From Heteronotia binoei (taxonomy: Eukaryota): a stretch of DNA of 64,000 bases. The notes under the pieces are model-generated. The model was given only the letters and a program-made list of their open reading frames with translations. It was not told the origin of the DNA and searched no databases. The stretch spans positions 22,382,001 to 22,446,000 of the forward strand of contig NC_083227.1 in the NCBI RefSeq assembly GCF_032191835.1, in the 5' to 3' direction. The position numbers and the translations under genes are program-made. Each line of letters opens with the position of its first letter. Within the stretch, counting starts at the first letter, position 1. Below, one piece after another: positions 37,035 through 50,409 of the stretch.

Positions 37035-37580
37035 TAAGAACATAAGAGAAGCCATGTTGGATCAGGCCAAATTTCCCACCCAGTCCAACACTCTGTGTCA
37101 CACAATGACCAAAAAACCCAAGTGCCATCAGGAGGCCCACCAGCGGGGCTAGAAGCCCTCCCACTGTGCCCCCCCCCAAGCACCAAGAATACAGAGCATC
37201 ACTGCCCCAGACAGAGAGTTCTAACAATACACTGTGGCTGATGGATCTCTGCTCCACATGCTTATCCAATCCCCTCTTGGAGCTGTCTATGCTCGTAGCC
37301 GCCACCACCTCCTGTGGCAGTGAATTCCACGTGTTAATCATCCTTTGGGTGAAGAAGTACTTCCTTTTATCAGTTCAAACCCAGCTGCTCAGCAATTTCA
37401 TTGAATGTCCACGAGTTCTTGAATTGTGAAAAGGGGAGAAAGGGACTTCTTTCTCTACTTTCTCCATCCCATGCATTATCTTGTAAACCTCTATCATGTC
37501 ACCCCGCAGTCGACGTTTCTCCAGGCTAAAGAGCCCCAAGCGTTTTAACCTTTCTTCATAGGGAAAGTGTTCCAATCTTC
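37035..37580 (-). mobile_element. CR1 ORF2 C-terminus + 3' UTR
   Basis: [36 protein letters not shown] and INTWNSLPQEVVAATSIDS. Confidence 0.9.
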
Positions 37581-38932
37581 TCTCTAGGGCCATCCTAATC
37601 AGAGTTATCACTCTTCCAAGCTCCTTGAAGTCAGTGGGCTTAGAAGGAAACAGCTTTGGTTAGGGGTGCCTGGCGATATTCCCTCTAAGCTGCAGAGTCT
37701 TGTGAGCAAAAATTCCACTTTGTGAGCTCCTGGCATTAAAGTTGTGAGCTCCTGACATTAAAGTTGTGAGCTACTGCATAAATTATTGTGCTCTGGGGCC
37801 ATTTTTTCCTGAGCTAGGACAAAAATGTGTGAGCTGGAAGCTAAAAATCTGTGAGCTAGCTCACGCTAACTCAGCTTAGAGGGAACACTGGTGCCTGGTA
37901 AGTTTCCTGCCCAGGGCTTTTTTTGTAGCAGGAACTCCTTTGCATATTAGACCACACACCCCTGAGGTAGCCAGTCCTCCAAGAGTTTAAAGTAGGCCTT
38001 GTACTCCGTATAAACTCTTGGAGGACTGGCTACATCAGTGGGGTTTAGCTTAATATGCAAAGGCGTTCCTGCTACAAAAAAAACCCTGCCCATCTTTAAC
38101 TAAGGAGAGGCAGTCATCTAATTTTTTTGTCCTCAGTGTCCCTCATCTGGAAAATGGGTGTATTGATTGGGTTGCCTGTGACCAGTTCTCCATATAGCAT
38201 TTTTAGTTGTTCCTGGAATCACTGTGCATAGAAACTGAGAGATGAATTTGTAGGGGCAGATGTTGCGGTGTCATGATAGGTAATTGCAGGTCTTGAATTC
38301 AACAGGAGCACAGCTCCTGAACCCTTCCAAAAGTTCCCAAGGTGCAGTTGCATGACAATTCCTGGATTAGGAGAGCAGCCGACCAGCCAGCCAGCAGGGG
38401 CTTTGTCACCACCACCCCCCACAGCCCTCATTAACCTCTGGAGAAGCCCCCACCTCCCTTTCTCCAATTCTTATGTGATTTTGGATGGCGGGTGGCTTCC
38501 TGGCCTTTTGACTGGGCGGTCGGTGGCCATGGAAAGCCCCTAGCAAGTGAGGCCTGCTTGGGCTGGCTGGATCTCTAGCCAGCCCAAGCAGGCCTTGCTC
38601 GCTCACGGCTCTCCTTTCCTGCATCGGGTTGCTTTTGGCTGGGGGGGGCATATGCTAATGAGTTATGCTAATGATCGCCGCCTGTTTTTCTACAAAATGA
38701 CTCCTGGGTAACTGTGATTGGCTCCATCTTTTGAGGGGGGAGCCATTTTGTAGCTGGCCCCGCATTTGGGAGAAGCCTTCAAAGAGCAGCTCCGCCACCG
38801 AGGAGGACCCTCTTTGCAACTGGCTCCAGCTGGTGAACTATGGTGTTTTAAAAAAAAGCTCTCTCTAATCTCATGTCTTGTATGTACTGTTGTAGAGAAC
38901 GATCTCAAGCAGGAATTGTGTCTTTGTTCCAG

Positions 38933-39723
38933 GAGGTGGACCACTGAGAGAAGGTGGGAAGCTTTTGCAGGGGGAAGATTCCAAAGCTGCGCGTCGACAT
39001 GGAACGCTTCCAGAAAGAGGACAGAACGGAAATCAGTCAGAAATTGAGAGGTTACGGGAAAATAACTTGGAAGAGATGGTGGATATTTGGGAGACAGGCT
39101 GGAACGAAACCAGCCGTCGGCGAAAAATCCATCAGGAGACTACTCCAGAAATACGTGCTGAGAGTTGTGAGAACTTAGGCCCCGTCTCAGTCTTGACAAA
39201 GCGCAAGAGGATTGAAACGGGCGAGAAGCTCCATATCTGCTCAGAGTGTGGGAAAAGCTTCAGCCGAAGGTCGGACCTCATCAGGCACCAAAGGATCCAT
39301 ACGGGGGAAAAGCCTCACAAATGCTTCGACTGTGGGAAAAGCTTCTGCCAGAGGTCGCAGCTCCTTGGGCATCAGCGGACGCACACGGGAGAAAAGCCGT
39401 ATGTGTGCCTGGCCTGCGGGAAAAGCTTCGCCCACCACTCGACCTTCATCGCCCACAAGAGGACCCACACGGGGGAGAAGCCGTACAAGTGCTTGGCGTG
39501 CGAGAAGAGCTTCGGCAACCGCTCGGTCTTGATCAAGCACGAAAGGATCCACACCGGCGAGAAGCCGTACCAGTGCTCCGAGTGCGGGAAGCGCTTTAGC
39601 AACCGGACTGGTGTGTTGAAACATGAGAAGACCCACCAGAAGGAGAAGGCCCGTGGAGGCCCAGGCCGTGGGAAAGACATCCGCTTCTTCAGTCACGAAC
39701 ACAAAAGTGTTGGCAGAGACTGA
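38933..39723 (+). CDS. Gene 3, terminal exon: 5 C2H2 fingers
   Basis: Five canonical fingers. Phase-1 acceptor tgtgtctttgttccag|GA, in frame with ORF 38965-39723. Confidence 0.9.
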
Positions 39724-42700
39724 CCTGATCCCCCTTTCACCTATGTTTTTTGGTCAGGGAAGCAAAAGGGGCTGAAATGATGAGTACTTAGGCTAACAAC
39801 TTAGGAAAAGCAGAAATTGAAGGAGCTGGAGTTTGGGAGAGTATGTTGGTTCATGCTTGCAGAAAAAAAACAAGGAAGCAGTGATGCTCTGTATCCTTGG
39901 TGCTGGGGGGGCCACGAGCAGGGGGGGGACTTCTAGAGTTCTGGTCCTGCTGGCGGACCTCCTGATAGCACCTGAGTTTTGGCCACTGTGTCACTGTGTT
40001 GGACTGGATGGGCCATCGCCCTGATCCAACATTGCTTCTCTTATATTCTTAAATATAGAGGAGGAAGAATGAACTACACCCTTTCACACTGCCAACAGAG
40101 GAATCCCTTTTTTGGACAGCTCCCTCCTGTTTAAAAACTCCTTGCTATTGGAAACACATTGTGGCATACAATGAGAGCAGATAGAATTCATTTTTTTTTC
40201 TTTGTGGCTACTCTTCTAACCTACCTATGTGCGGGTGATGCTTTTTAAAAAAAAAGTTCTTCAGGACTGATGTCTTTGGTTTCGAGCTACTTTCCACATT
40301 CTCCCTTCCTCCTCGCTTAAGAAACTCTCAGACACAATTGTTTCACTAAATGTGCATGTTTGTTTTTTTTACAAATCTGCTTTCTCTAAGGGCCGTGTGG
40401 GTTTCGTTCCATCCTGCCTGCAGTAGGGTTGTGGTCTTGTACTTCTTTGTTGGGGTATCCTGATGTGCGGGAGCCAGTGAGGTGTAGTGGTCCAAGTGTC
40501 CGATCAGGACCTGGGTTCAAATCCTTACTCTGCCAAGGAGCAACCTTGAGCCAGTCACACTCTCAGCCTCTCTTCCCTCCTCAAAAGCAGTATTTTTTTT
40601 TAACATTATGGAGTGAGTCTTGCAGAGCTTTTCATCTGCCTTTGCTTGAGCTTAGAAAAAAAACAAACCATTTGAGTTCTGACATTATGGCCTTAGGAGT
40701 ATTTGCTATTCTCAAAGGAGAAAAAGGTATGCTCTACAAGATGACTTGTGCAAGAAATGACATGGGTGCACCCACATCTGAAATTTCATATGGTCTTAAG
40801 AACAGGGGTGGAATTCTAGCAGGAGCTCCTTTGCATATTAGGCCACACACCCCTGATGTAGCCAATCCTCAAAGAGCTTACAAGGCTCTTTTGTAAGCTC
40901 TTGGAGGATTGGCTACATCAGGGCTGTACATTAAGCTGAGTGTGTGTGTTTGGGTCTTTTATAAAGTTTATATCTCCCTGATCTGGCATTACATTTTATG
41001 ATACACTTGGCCCATCCCAACAAGGTCAAGATCCAGCCCTCATAGCTTATGAGTTCGACACCCCTGGCCTAGAGCATCCCTGACAAGTGTTTGTCCAGCT
41101 GCTGCTTAAAGACTGCCAGCTGAGTCTACTGTTCAGCAATTCTTACTGTAAAAAAGGTTTTCCTAGTATCCAGTTGGTGCCTTCCCGCTCTTAATATAAA
41201 CCCATCATTGCAAGTCCTCTCTTGCTTCCTACAGGAACAGCTCCCTGCCCTCCTCTAAGTGACAGCCCTTCAAATATTTCAAGAGAGCAGTCATGTCCCC
41301 CCTCAACCTCCTTTTCTCCAGACAGAACATTCCAGAGTCCCTCAGTCTTTTCTCACAGGGCTTGGTCTATCTAGCAAGATCCACCTGAGCCCACTGAGGG
41401 ACAGGCAGGTTATAAATATAAATAAATAGGCAACCTTATTGGCAGCCCTAATAACATTACTACTTCATGGTACAAAGGAAAGATCCTTACTGACTTTGCC
41501 TCTCCTGTTTACCCAGCAGGAAGGAATTTGCCCTCCAGCTCTATTTTTGAGACATGGCCTTGTCAAGAGTCGCTCCATTTTGCTCATTTTGTTCCTCTTG
41601 CCATATGTATTCAATTATACGATGCTATGCTGTGTTTTTTATGCTTTTGATATACGGTAACTGTTACTTGCTACTTATCTGGAGGGAGGTTGGCATGTCT
41701 GGGAAATGGCTAGTTGCTACGTAACCAAGGTCAAAGAGCTGGAGGAGACGCGAACCATGAACTGATAGTAGGCACCTGTGGTGATGAGAGCTTAGCAAAA
41801 ACCCTGTGCAAAACCCCCGCTTTTGCTTGGCGCGCTTTGGCTTGAATTATAACGGTCAGGGCAAAGGTTTATAAGTTGGAGGGACTGACAGAGAGGTCAG
41901 TTCCGACAACACGTGTGTATGCCCATGAAGCTGGAATAAAGATCTTGCACTTCAATTGTCTTTTCCTTGACTCTGGGTCTGACAGGCCTTCCTCTGCCCA
42001 CAAGTGCCCATCATTTGAAAGGGAGAGAAATATGGAATCTTTCTTACCTGCTCTTGGAAAAACTATTCCCTTTAATAGGTCAATGACTGGGAAAGTGCAA
42101 CATGAGAACAAAGTGCCATAAGAAATCCTGAAGATTTGGGTAGAAGATTTTTTCCTTCTCCATCACCTTTGTCTCTTTTTCAGGATTTCACCAGCAGGTC
42201 TCATGCAGTGAGGCCATCATAGAAAGGTGCCCCACACAGCCCTTGATGTTTGAGGAAACCTTGACTGTTTCCACATACGTCCAGACTTCCATGCGGTGTT
42301 CTTAAATCATCATTTTTTGTCAGTTTTTCTGCAGGACTTTTGGCTGCTCCAGGAGTTGTTCCAGATCTGTTGTCCCGTTAACACGCAGTTTTCAGACTCG
42401 CTTTCCCCATTTTCTCTCTCCCCGCCCCCCTTAGGTATTCTTGCACTTTTCCAATGTGAATTTCCCAATTTCAGTTTTTGTAGCTGCCCTTGTAGCGTCA
42501 GTATTGCATTGACACCCAGCCCACTGCTACTCCTTTATTCTCCCCGTTGAACAAGCTACTTAATCTTTAATCCTTCTACTGATTGTATTGCAATGCTGAT
42601 TTTCAAAAGGAACAAATTACAATATTACTGCATTGTAATGCTGAGACAAAAGGGGCAGCGTGGTTCAATTTCCGTGGAATTGCCCATCCGTGAACACTTG

Positions 42701-45231
42701 GTATAATTTTTACGGTCTTCTGTTGTGTTGCAAAGCTGATTTTTTTAAAGAAAAAAATTACAATAGTACTGCCCTATAGTGCTGGGACAAAAATAAAGGT
42801 GATAGGGATGCCGCCCTCCAGGTAGGATCTGGGGATCCCCTGGAATTGCAGCTCGTCTCCAGATGACATTGATCCGTTCCCCTGGAGAAAATGGATGCTT
42901 TGGAGGGTGCACTCTGTGGCATTGTGCCCCACTAAGGTTTCTGTCTTCCCCAGGCTCCACCAGGGCCAGATTAACAATTAGGCCAAGTAGGCACTGGCCT
43001 ATGGGTCCCCACGCCTTTAGGGGCTCTAGGACGGCTCCCCCCGCCCCGGTTTTCCCTCTGCTTGCAGCCCTCCCAGCCTGCACACACTGAGCTGCTCTTT
43101 GCCCGACTTGCCTGGTGCGGCTGCCGCTGGCATCGTCACCAAGTTTCCCTCTCTCTGCCTGTCCCCCGCAGCTTTGTCAGAGGGGCTTTCGAGAAGATGC
43201 CTGCAGGCTGCAGCGGGGCTCCAACTCTGAGATAATTTGCAAGGCCCCCCTAGAATTCTGAATGCCTACGGGCCTCCACAGGGTTGAATCTGGCACTGGG
43301 CTCCACCCCCACATCTCCAGGAGTTTCCCAACCTGGATCTGGCAACAGGACAGGCCTAATTTTGGGCAGGAGCTCACAGGACCGGAGCTCTGGAACCTCT
43401 AAATCAGGGGTGTTGAACTCATGAGGGCTGGATCTGACATAAATGAGACCTTGAGGGGCCGGGCCATGTGTGTACCTATTTAAGATTAGGTAGCAGAGAT
43501 ATAAATTTTATAAAGAACACAAACACAAATATATATTTTTTTAAAAACTTAAAACATTCTTAAAACGTTAGTGCTCATTGGTCTTAAAGGTGCTTTCGTT
43601 GTATTTCTCCCATGGGATTCAGCGAATGGGGCAAAGGAAGCTCTGGTTCTTTCCTTCCTTCCCCAGGGACTGGGGGTGGGTGGGGAGCCTCAGTCAATAG
43701 AAGGAAAAGAGGCTTGGCTCTGTAGCTCTGTTGTGCGATTGAGAGCCTGGCAAAGCAAGCTATTCCTCCCCACTTCCTCCCCAAAGGAGGAGCCTCTGCT
43801 AATGGAAAAAATAGAGGTTTTGTTCTTTAGCTCCTGTGCAATTGAGCAAGCCTTGCAAAGTGAGCTGTTATGCAGAAGGAAGCAAGAGAGAGGGAGAAGG
43901 AAGTAGATGACAGCCAGTAACTCGGGGTCTGATAGAAGCCCTCCGAGGGCCTGATTCAGCCCCCGAATTGCATGTTTGACACCCCTGCTCTAAATTGTAT
44001 TATGCTCTTTCTTTCTTATCCTCCCCCCCCCCCCAAAAATACTTGCTTCTGGGCTTCATTGTTCAACCCCCCTGTGAGAATTTTGCTGAACTTTTAAGGT
44101 TTGACAAACTTTCCCATATTCCCTCCCCCGCACACAAAAAATGGGAAAATAACCCAAATATATAAAGCAGACAGTTGGAAATCTTCCTCATGCCACTGTG
44201 GTCACCTGGGAGAAAGCAATTTAAAAAGTATGATGGGAGTCAGGTTTTATTATAACAATTATAATTCAAGAAGCATTTGAAGGCAGATGCTGAGCTGATA
44301 TAATTTAGTACACCTTCTGGTAATGTCAGGGGATGTGTGACATATGCAAATGAATTGTGCCAGTGAGCTCCAGCACCTCTTTTTTTCTACAAAATGACCC
44401 ATGGTAGGAAAGACCTGGCACCCACTGTTCTTCTTCTTGTTGATATTTTGTACTTATTTGTTTTTCCTTTCTTTAATCAATTTCGGGCTTTTGCGGGTAG
44501 GGTAGGTTTTGTTGCCTATCGCTGCTTTGTTTCTTCAGTCCCATCACCCCCACCCCTCTTTCCCAGTTTCTGTCCCTATGTTTTTGATGAACGTTCAGTC
44601 TTGGAAACAGTTTTATTAATAATGGAAAATTAAGATGTGTAGTGTTTCCAATTAGTGTAAGGGTTGCCAAGTCCAATTCAAGAACTATCTGGAGACTTTT
44701 GAGTGGAGCCAGGAGACTTTGGGGGTGGAGCCAGGAGCAAGGGTGTGACAAGCCTAACTGAACTCCAAAGGGAGTTCTGGCCTTACATCTAAAGGGACCG
44801 CACACCTTTTCAATGCCTTCCTTCCATAGGAAATAACAGGAGCACCTTCTTTTGGGGCTCATAGAATTGGACCCCCTGGTCCAATCTTTTTGAAACTTGG
44901 GGGATATTTTGGGGAGAGGCACTGGAAGCTATACGGAAAATATGGTGCCTCTACCTCAAAAAACAGCCCCCCCAGAAACCCGCAGATCAATTCTCCATTA
45001 TCTATGGGAATAAGTTTCCATAGGGAACAATAGCGTTCCCAGCAGACATTTCCCTCCCTTCGCCTCCGCCCCGCTTTCTGATGACCCTGAGGATTAGCAA
45101 CCCTAATTCGCGTCCATTTTTCTAAAAAAAATTATTAAACGGATGCAGTTACCCTGCTGTGTCCTATACAGTTCGAGGAAATGCTTCTCTTCACTCCTCG
45201 GGAGGGGGGAGGTGTCGGGTTATTCCAGGGA

Positions 45232-45247
45232 ACTACATTTCCCAGAA
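45232..45247 (+). promoter_or_regulatory. ZNF143/THAP11-type promoter motif ACTACATTTCCCAGAA (module A)
   Basis: Matches the ACTACAnnTCCCA motif known from ZNF143(Staf)/THAP11-HCFC1 promoters. CpG-retaining context. Confidence 0.7.
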
Positions 45248-45343
45248 GGCCTTGCGAACAGCAGGGGCTCCCCTTCTGCTGGTGGACCGCGCGGAAGGGT
45301 TTTAGGTTTGTTTGTTTTTAAATATTGAGGCGGAGAAGCAAAA

Positions 45344-45433
45344 ATGGGAGCCGTGGAATCTAGCAGCGCTCCTCGTCTTCCTCCTTTGCCCCGGCTGGAG
45401 GGAGAATCCGGTTTCTGCACCGTTGTAGGAAAG
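45344..45433 (+). CDS. Gene 4, module A exon 1 (MGAVESSSAPRLPPLPRLEGESGFCTVVGK)
   Basis: ATG ~100 nt downstream of the ACTACATTTCCCAGAA motif. Phase-0 donor GGAAAG|GTGAGC. Paralogous to 49253-49372 and 59941-60021. Confidence 0.55.
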
Positions 45434-45669
45434 GTGAGCCGAGCATTTCCTAAAAGAGATCATTTGCAAAGAGATAGATCCTGGTGAGCAGCCATGTTGG
45501 TCTGAAGCAACAGGACAAAGTAGGAGTTCAGTAGCACCTTTAAGACCAACAAAGGTTTATTCAGGATGGAAGCTTTCGTATGCATGCATGCCTCAGCAGA
45601 AAGTGGAATGGGGCAAAGTAAACAACGCTACTTGTTCTCGGTTTAACCCAGACTGCAGGAACAATAGAG

Positions 45670-46176
45670 CAGAGGTGGCCAAACAGCGGCTCGGGAGCCA
45701 GCGTGGCTCTGGAAGCCCCACCGCCCCATCAGCCAGCTTGGAGAAGGCATTTCTCTCTTTAAATCACTTATCCAAGCAACCAGTGGCCAAATGACATGCA
45801 TTTAAAGTTAAAGTTGCTTTTATCAAAGTTTTCAGGTTTTCACGGCTGGTAACATCATTAGGGTTTGTAAAATCTTTCGGGCTCAAGTGCCGTGTTCTAC
45901 TGGAGAAAGTTTTTCTTCCAGACGTTTCGTTCTCGGCTGCGGAGAACATCCTTAGTGGCGGAGGATGTTCTCCGCAGCCGAGAACGAAACGTCTGGAAGA
46001 AAAACTTTCTCCAGTAGAACACGGCACTTGAGCCCGAAAGATTCTACAAACCCTAATAAAGTTGCTTTCTTTTCATCTCTTCTTACCCAATTTATTTGCC
46101 TTTCTGTTTTGCGGCTCTCAAGCGTCTGACATTTATTGTATGTGGCTCTTATGTTAAGCAAGTCTGGCCACCCCTG
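45670..46176. mobile_element. hAT MITE (CAG(A/G)GGTGGCCAAAC family) hosting a Penelope insertion
   Basis: TSD caatagag/caataaag. Related copies at ~16030-16328 and 30020-30335. Confidence 0.75.
45821..46057. mobile_element. Penelope-like element: tail-to-tail inverted pLTR fragment
   Basis: 96-bp inverted arms (45857-45952 and 45962-46057, one mismatch) and a 12-bp TSD TAAAGTTGCTTT. 3' end ccagccgtgaaaacc on the minus strand, with hammerhead-like core motifs. Confidence 0.75.
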
Positions 46177-46726
46177 CAATAAAGATGATGATACTGGATT
46201 TATGATATTGGATTTATAACCCACCCTCCATTCTGAATTTCAGAGTCTCAGAACCACTCACAATCTCCTTCACCTCCATTCCCATAACAGACACCCTGTG
46301 AGGTGGGGGAGGCAGAGAGGGCTCTCACAGCAGCCGCCATTTTAAGGACAACTCCTACAAGAGCTATGACCCAAGGCCATTCCAGCAGGTGCAAGTGGAG
46401 GAGGGGGGAATCAAACCCGGTTCTCTCAAATAAGAGGCCGCACATTTTACAGCAAGTTGGCTCTCAGAGCAATTAAACAGACTGCATTTATTTCCTTGTG
46501 ACACTCTCACCATCATTCTCCAATTCTGCCTTTGTTGTTTTCCCATGCAGACGCTATCCAGACCAAATGTTCTTTCAATTTGTTAATTCCAACTATTTTG
46601 CTGTTGGATTCTAACTTTATACCACTTTGCATTCTGAACCACTGCCCACCAGCTATATGTACCACAGCCCACCAGCTCACTGCACCCCATTTCACTGCAC
46701 CCCATTTCATTGTCTGATGAAGGTGC

Positions 46727-47048
46727 TTGTTGTTGTTGTTGTTCAGTCACACAGTTGAGTCCGACTCTTTGCAGCCCCATGGACCAAGTCACGCCAGGCC
46801 CTCCTGTCTTCCACCATCCTCTGAAGTCTGCTCAAATTCGTGTTTATTACATCAGTAACGCTGTCCAGCCATCTCATCTTTTGCCACCCCCTTCTTCTTT
46901 TGCCTTCTGTCTTTCCCAGCATCAGGGTCTTCTCCCTTCTCATTTGGTGGCCAAAGTATTTGAGCTTCAGCATCTGACCTTCCAGGGAACAGTCAGAGTT
47001 GTTTTCCCTTAGGACAGACTGATTTGATTTTCTTGCCGTCCAAGGACT
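46727..47048 (-). mobile_element. RTE-BovB LINE 3' end
   Basis: LKLKYFGHQMRR..KTLMLGKTEGKRRRGWQKMRWLDSVTD..EDRRAWRDLVHG, with a (CAA)n tail. Confidence 0.9.
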
Positions 47049-47234
47049 GGACTCCTACTTCGTTCATTTGCAAGGAGGGAAGAGCAAATCCAGGTGAAGG
47101 GGAGTGGAAGAAAAGGAAGAGGGGGAGCATCCAGACACAGAGAAATCTAATTTCTCCAGTAAGCGTGCTGTACATACTTTCCAGCTACAAGACGTGGTTA
47201 GGTTTGTCACAGCAAGTTAAGTCCCTTCTAGGTC

Positions 47235-47730
47235 ATTCTAGATTAGTTTAGTTTATTTGATTTATATCCTGCCCTCCCCGCCGAAGCAAGCTCAGGGTGG
47301 CTCACAATACATAATAAAGTAACAATAAAAACAGTTAATTTAAACATTTAGATTAAAGCAATCTGAAACAGTTTGGTGCTAATATCATACAATTTAAAGA
47401 TGGCATTCAGTGTTCTTAAACATCCATTTAGATCTAATATCTCAGTTGAAAAGCTAATTGAAATAATATCCTCTTGCAGGCCTTGCGGAATTTGGCAAGG
47501 TCCCGCAAGGCTCCAACCTCAGGCAGTTGGTTCCACCAATGGGGGGCGGCGATTGAGAAGGCTCTTTCTTCAGTCTTGCCTCCCTCAGCCCGGGGATGAT
47601 CGATAGTGTTCCTGACCTGAGTACCCTCTGGGGAACATGTGGGGAGAGACGGTCCCTAAGGTAGGCAGGTCCTTGGCCATGTAGGACTTTAAAGGTAACA
47701 ACCAGCACCTTGTAGCGAATCTGGTATACC
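47235..47730 (-). mobile_element. L2 LINE 3' fragment
   Basis: YQIRYKVLVVTFKVLHGQGPAYLRDRLSP plus an L2-type tail (gggcaggatataaatcaaataaa). Confidence 0.8.
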
Positions 47731-48596
47731 ATGGGGTGATTAAACAGCTACCATCCAGTTCAAGAAACCTTCATATGTTGATTGTAATTTGTACAGTGCC
47801 ATTCTGTGCAGAATTGCTCCAGACCAAGAGCAGCCCCAACACCTGCTGTTTTTTCAAAATGCAAGTGTTGTAGTTTCTGTCTCCAGGCAAGAGCAACTTT
47901 CTGTAGTCACAGAGGGAGAGCTGTGTCAATCGACTGCTGCAAAATTACACAGAAGATCTGTGCATGAGCAGTGGGGCCGGTGGGGGATGGGGAATGCTTC
48001 TTTTTTCAGCCCCTCCAGTGTGTTCCCTGAAACCGGGCTGGACTTCCCTTTTATTCGTAACACCTGGACGGACCCCCAGATGGATTCAACAGGCTTTCTT
48101 GCCTGCTCTTCTTGGGCCCTCTGAGATGGCTGCTCTCTTAGCTGGCCATTTTGACATTTAATTGGACTGGACCAAGAGTAGCCTGATTATATGCAATTTT
48201 CTGAATTTGTATTTCTTGGAAATTTTCAATGTATTATAACCCGGGCTTCTTTTGTAGCAGAAACTCTTTTGCATAGTAGGCCACACACCCCTGATGTAGC
48301 CAATCCTCCTGGAGCTTACAGGGCTCTTAGTACAGGGCCTACTATAAGCTCCAGGAGGATTGGCTAAATCAGGGGTCTGTGGCCTAATATGCAAAGGAGT
48401 TCCTACGACAAAAAAAAAGCCCTGATTTATCAAGCCAACAAAAAAAATATCAAGCCAAAAAAGTTAATGGAATTTTCCTTGCTACCGGTTTGATGTCTGG
48501 CATTCTTTTAATCAACTGAGTGGGTGATAAGATCCTTCTTCTTGAAACTCAGGTACAGGAATAGATGATCAAGCAGGCCCTATTTTCCTCTTTCAG

Positions 48597-48726
48597 AGAT
48601 CCCGAGTGTCCTTTGAGGAGGTAGCTGTTTCCTTCACGGAGGAGGAATGGGCTCTGCTGGATCCAGGCCAAAGAAAGGTCTTCTGGGAAATAATGGAAGA
48701 AAATTATGAGACGGTGGCCTCTCTGG
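48597..48726 (+). CDS. KRAB-A exon, module A ([43 protein letters not shown])
   Basis: Clear KRAB-A consensus. Acceptor tattttcctctttcag and donor CTGG|gtaagg. 130 nt, phase 0 to 1. Confidence 0.85.
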
Positions 48727-49184
48727 GTAAGGCTCTTTCTCCTTTTATTATGAACATGGCAGAGAAGGGAGGGGGTGGCATCTTCCTTGACCCTCTTGGA
48801 TTTAAGAACATACTTTCGCACTCCCCCTCCTTGTTGTTCAGCTTCCCCTTAGTGACAAAATGTTCTTAGGGTAGGAAGTGTAAAGGCTTTGGGTTGCTGC
48901 TATGAGTTGAGTGTTGCATTGATCCTGAAGAGATCACTGATGAAAGGGGTTTGATAACACAAGAAAGGAGGGTTGAAGAAGAAGACAACTGCAGATTTAT
49001 ACCCCGCCCTTCTTTCTGAATCGGAGACTCAGAGCAGCTTACAATCTTCTCCTCACCCACAACAAACACCCTGTGAGGTGGGTGGGGCTGAGGGGGCTCA
49101 GGAAGCTGCCCCAGAAAGTGGTAAATAAGCATGTTCCTCAATACATAGTTGTTTTCTTCTGTTTGGGTGTTGATGTTGCAGGGG

Positions 49185-49200
49185 ACTACATTTCCCAGAA
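49185..49200 (+). promoter_or_regulatory. ZNF143/THAP11-type motif (module B)
   Basis: Identical 16-mer upstream of exon 1B. Confidence 0.65.
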
Positions 49201-49252
49201 AGAACTGCAAGCGCCAGAAGGGTCATACCTGCTTTTCCCAGGTGTCCATGGT

Positions 49253-49372
49253 ATGGTTCTTCCTCATGAAGGATGCGGAAATGTTTGGGATCTGCAGTTC
49301 CGCAGGGCCTCTCTTCTTTCTTGTTTCCCCCAGCTGGAAGGAGAATTTGGGTCTTGCACATCTGCAGGAAAG
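49253..49372 (+). CDS. Gene 4, module B exon 1 (MVLPHEG...QLEGEFGSCTSAGK; may be partly or wholly UTR)
   Basis: Same motif + GGAAAG|GTGAG donor. Open in phase 0 from ATG 49253. More diverged than the A and C copies. Confidence 0.45.
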
Positions 49373-50409
49373 GTGAGTTTTATCTGGAGCTCTTGGGCAA
49401 GAACAGGGGAGGGAGAGAAGATATGTGTGAAGAGGAGTGGAGGAGGAAGAGCTGACTGAAGAGAATCGCTGCTGTGGAGGTTGGGTGCTTTTGTATCCGC
49501 TCCCTACAATCAGCCTGGACTTCGTTTTATTTTTAACATCCAGACAGACCCTTGGTCTAATCCAACTGGGTTCATTGCCCGTTCAAACTGGCCTTTGTAG
49601 CTTGCTTCATTCTCCATTTTGTTTTTCCTATGCTCTGCGGGCTAACCTCAAAAGATGCATTGGGCCATATTCTGCTCCTATGATGGAAGTATTTTAAACA
49701 CCTACTGTTGCTTCTTCTAGAGCAGGGGTTCTTCACCTGGGATGGATTTCAGGGGGCCTTGAGCTTGATTGAGAAACAACTTACATTTTTGTTTTCCCTT
49801 CCTGAAAGTTAGCATTTTCTTCAATGGTGACTGAAGGCAATGAACAACAGTTGTTGTAGAAGTGCATGTGACTTTGTCATCAGTAGGAATAACATGGTTT
49901 CGTAGCACATTGTGTTGTTGCAGATGTGTTGAGATATCATCTACACTAATTAAAAAAAACATTTTGAAGAGGGGTCTATGTGCTTCATGGGAATGCCAAA
50001 GAGGCTCAGGGTACACGAAGGGTTAAGGCCTCCTGCTCTAGAGTGATTCCAATGAGCCTCTCCCTCAAGAACATCTCTGAATTGAAAACCCCAAGGATCA
50101 CATTGCTTTGTTAGGTCAAAAATGAACAAAAACCATTGAGGAAGAATCAACATGGATTGTGAATGGGGACATCTTGTCTCACTAACATGTTAAAAGTTCT
50201 TTGAGGGGGTGAACAGGGCTTTTTTTTGATAGCAGGAACTCCTTTGCATATTAGGCCACACCCCCTGATGTAGCCAATCCTCCAAGAGCTTTCAGGGTTC
50301 TTAGTGCAGGGCCTACGGTAAGCTCTTGGGGGATTGGCTACATCAGGGTGTGGGTGGCCTAATATGCAAAGGAGTTCCTACTACCAAAAAAAGCTTGGGG
50401 GGGTGAACA

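Noticed and set aside
42184-42300. Good acceptor (tttgtctctttttcag) followed by MFEETLTV, faintly KRAB-like
   Set aside because: No WALLD or NY motif and no consistent frame; the similarity is too weak.
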